Source: Azolla caroliniana
Taxonomy: Eukaryota; Plantae; Polypodiophyta
DNA: 64,000 bases
Direction: 5' to 3'
Assembly: GCA_043228905.1 (NCBI GenBank)
Contig: JBHGNT010000001.1
Location: forward strand, 4,898,001-4,962,000
Shown here: piece by piece, positions 62,437 through 64,000 of the stretch
Position numbering within the stretch: the first letter of the stretch is position 1
How the letters are laid out: each line of letters starts with the position of its first letter
The notes under the pieces: model-generated
What the model saw: only the letters and a program-made list of their open reading frames with translations
Told to the model about the DNA's origin: nothing
The model's database searches: none
Made by a program: the position numbers and the translations under genes

Positions 62437-62910
62437 TGTTAAGAGTCTATTACTAATCAATAGACCAAATCAAGTAAAAAGGAAGAAAATAGATTGGATA
62501 GAAGAACCCGTTCCACCCGACCACCCCCGAGCTATGATCTAGACATAGCCAACCTACCACCGACGTCCCATACCGCCGGATATTAGGATGACTAATACCT
62601 TGGAAGAGATAAACACGATCGTCGAGACGAAAGCCTAGCCCGCACCACCGGTGTCTACGACAGCAGCCTTCCGACGTGATGGTCTCTATGAGGGTAGCTA
62701 AGCCTCATATTTATACCTTTTCCTAGGCCCCTTGAATAGATGTGCCTTTCTAAAAGGCTCTCTATTCATTGGTTGTCTAAATCATGATAGTGCATGCACA
62801 TATCATTCATTCTATCCAATCATTAGTCCCCTTTTTAATAATAGTGAACATACCCTTCACTAATGTAAATATTAGTGACCTACCCTCACCAACGTTATGT
62901 GTACATAACA
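62437..62910 (-). repeat. 5' LTR of the gypsy element
   Basis: Direct repeat of 59279-59752, followed on the minus strand by TGGTAT. Confidence 0.95.
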
Positions 62911-62936
62911 CCACCTCTCTAACCATGTGCACATCT

Positions 62937-64000
62937 TGTTAGATATAATCAATGATCAGCCCCAAGTTGTAAATCTATCCCCATATGTGCTCTTAGAGTG
63001 CACATTTTGTGATAGCGCCCCAAATGAGGAGCGGCTAGTGTGCAACTCGACCATATGGGTCGATAAGGTGTTAATCTAGGAAACCGTAGATGCGTAGGAC
63101 ACAATATATTTAGGAAAGAGAGAAATAGATAAAAGGATTGGCTAATCAAGTCAGCTAGAATATTTTGTGGGCAAGTTACGATGTACTTAGTCTTGAAGTA
63201 TGCGTCATTGACTTCAAGATAAGTATTATCTAGCACTAGCTTGTACCTAGGGAGTTGGGTCATATTAAATGACAAGTCAGTTGACAGAAAAGGAATATCT
63301 CCACTACTATCAACTGACTTGCACATTTATACTAAGACCAAACATAGATTATAAGTCACTTTTCTCACACAGTGGAGAGATTGATCACCAGTCCCCACTA
63401 ATTTTGTAGTGAGCCGGTCCATATCCTATCTAAGCTCTAAGGTGTGAGCGCATGGGAAAACTACCATTTTGAACTACTCTCATATGTAATAGAAATTCTG
63501 TTTTCATATATCCATCTCTGCAGTTGTAACTCTATATACCTATCTACTCGATTCTCAATATTTCTAATATGGTATCAGAGCGAAGAGGTTGATCTAGATT
63601 AGGTATATACGGGTAGTTGCTGTCTAGCAACAAAGAGAAATAGAGAGAGAGAGAGAGAGACAGAGTATCAATGGCCTTGTCCACGAATGTTGCAGCTGCT
63701 CCATTGCGCATTCGCCCACCTCCATTGTCTGATGGAAAGCTAGATGGAACCAACTACACTCTATGGAAGTTCAAAATGTCTGCCATTTTGGATTCCTACG
63801 AGTTGTTGGAAACAATCATGGGACCCACAGGGGGAGACCCTGAGCCCATGGCAACCTTTGACCCTGCACACCCTACCACATCAATTCCTCCAAATGCTGA
63901 TCTACTTCGAGCCTGGAAGAGAAGGAATGCTGATGCGCTATGTACCATAGTCACTGGTGTATGTGACTCTGTACTAACACTAGTGCAACATACAACTAGG
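62937..64000 (+). mobile_element. Ty1/copia LTR retrotransposon, 5' part (LTR ~62937-63569, tRNA-iMet PBS 63570-63581)
   Basis: TGTTAG...CTAATA putative LTR immediately followed by TGGTATCAGAGC and a gag ORF. The left LTR boundary is inferred from the terminal inverted repeat only. Confidence 0.85.
63671..64000 (+). CDS. gag: Copia gag (UBN2-type), runs off the right edge of the window
   Basis: MALSTNVAAAPLRIRPPPLSDGKLDGTNYTLWKFKMSAILDSYELL...AWKRRNADALCTIV matches the typical copia gag N-terminus KLDGxNYxxW. Confidence 0.9.
   Translation, partial: MALSTNVAAAPLRIRPPPLSDGKLDGTNYTLWKFKMSAILDSYELLETIMGPTGGDPEPMATFDPAHPTTSIPPNADLLRAWKRRNADALCTIVTGVCDSVLTLVQHTTR

Larger units (their letters stand above)
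59279..62910 (-). mobile_element. Ty3/gypsy chromovirus LTR retrotransposon, internally deleted (no gag or protease), very recent
   Basis: 474-bp TG...CA LTRs at 59279-59752 and 62437-62910 with about 2 mismatches. Perfect 5-bp TSD CCACC (59274-59278, 62911-62915). PPT GAAGTAGGGGGAGTA next to the 3' LTR. PBS remnant TGGTAT at 62435-62430. Confidence 0.97.

Overview
Eukaryotic plant nuclear DNA. The style of the PLS-PPR genes and the retroelements suggests a fern, but that is an inference. Intron/exon structures were reconstructed by eye from GT/AG sites and frame continuity, and domain calls come from motif recognition, not database searches. The window holds, in order: (1) a multi-exon, minus-strand gene for a probably plastid-targeted, cyanobacterial-type DUF815/COG2607 AAA+ protein with degenerate Walker B and sensor motifs, running off the left edge; (2) a 4-exon NPF/PTR transporter; (3) an intronless 3-ketoacyl-CoA synthase; (4) an unusual ~879-aa regulator that fuses a REM-type B3 domain, a KANSL2/INO80D-type zf-C3Hc3H zinc finger, a decayed AP2/ERF domain and a C-terminal DLN (EAR-like) motif, with an inferred long 5' region full of tandem duplications and a PPR pseudogene; (5) a 1.1-kb TRIM-like LTR element; (6) three long PLS-class PPR genes, all without DYW and each broken in or just after the E region; (7) a very young Ty3/gypsy chromovirus that has lost gag and protease exactly at its PBS; (8) the 5' end of a Ty1/copia element. 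The best candidates for undescribed biology are the B3-zfC3Hc3H-AP2 fusion and the degenerate DUF815 ATPase.
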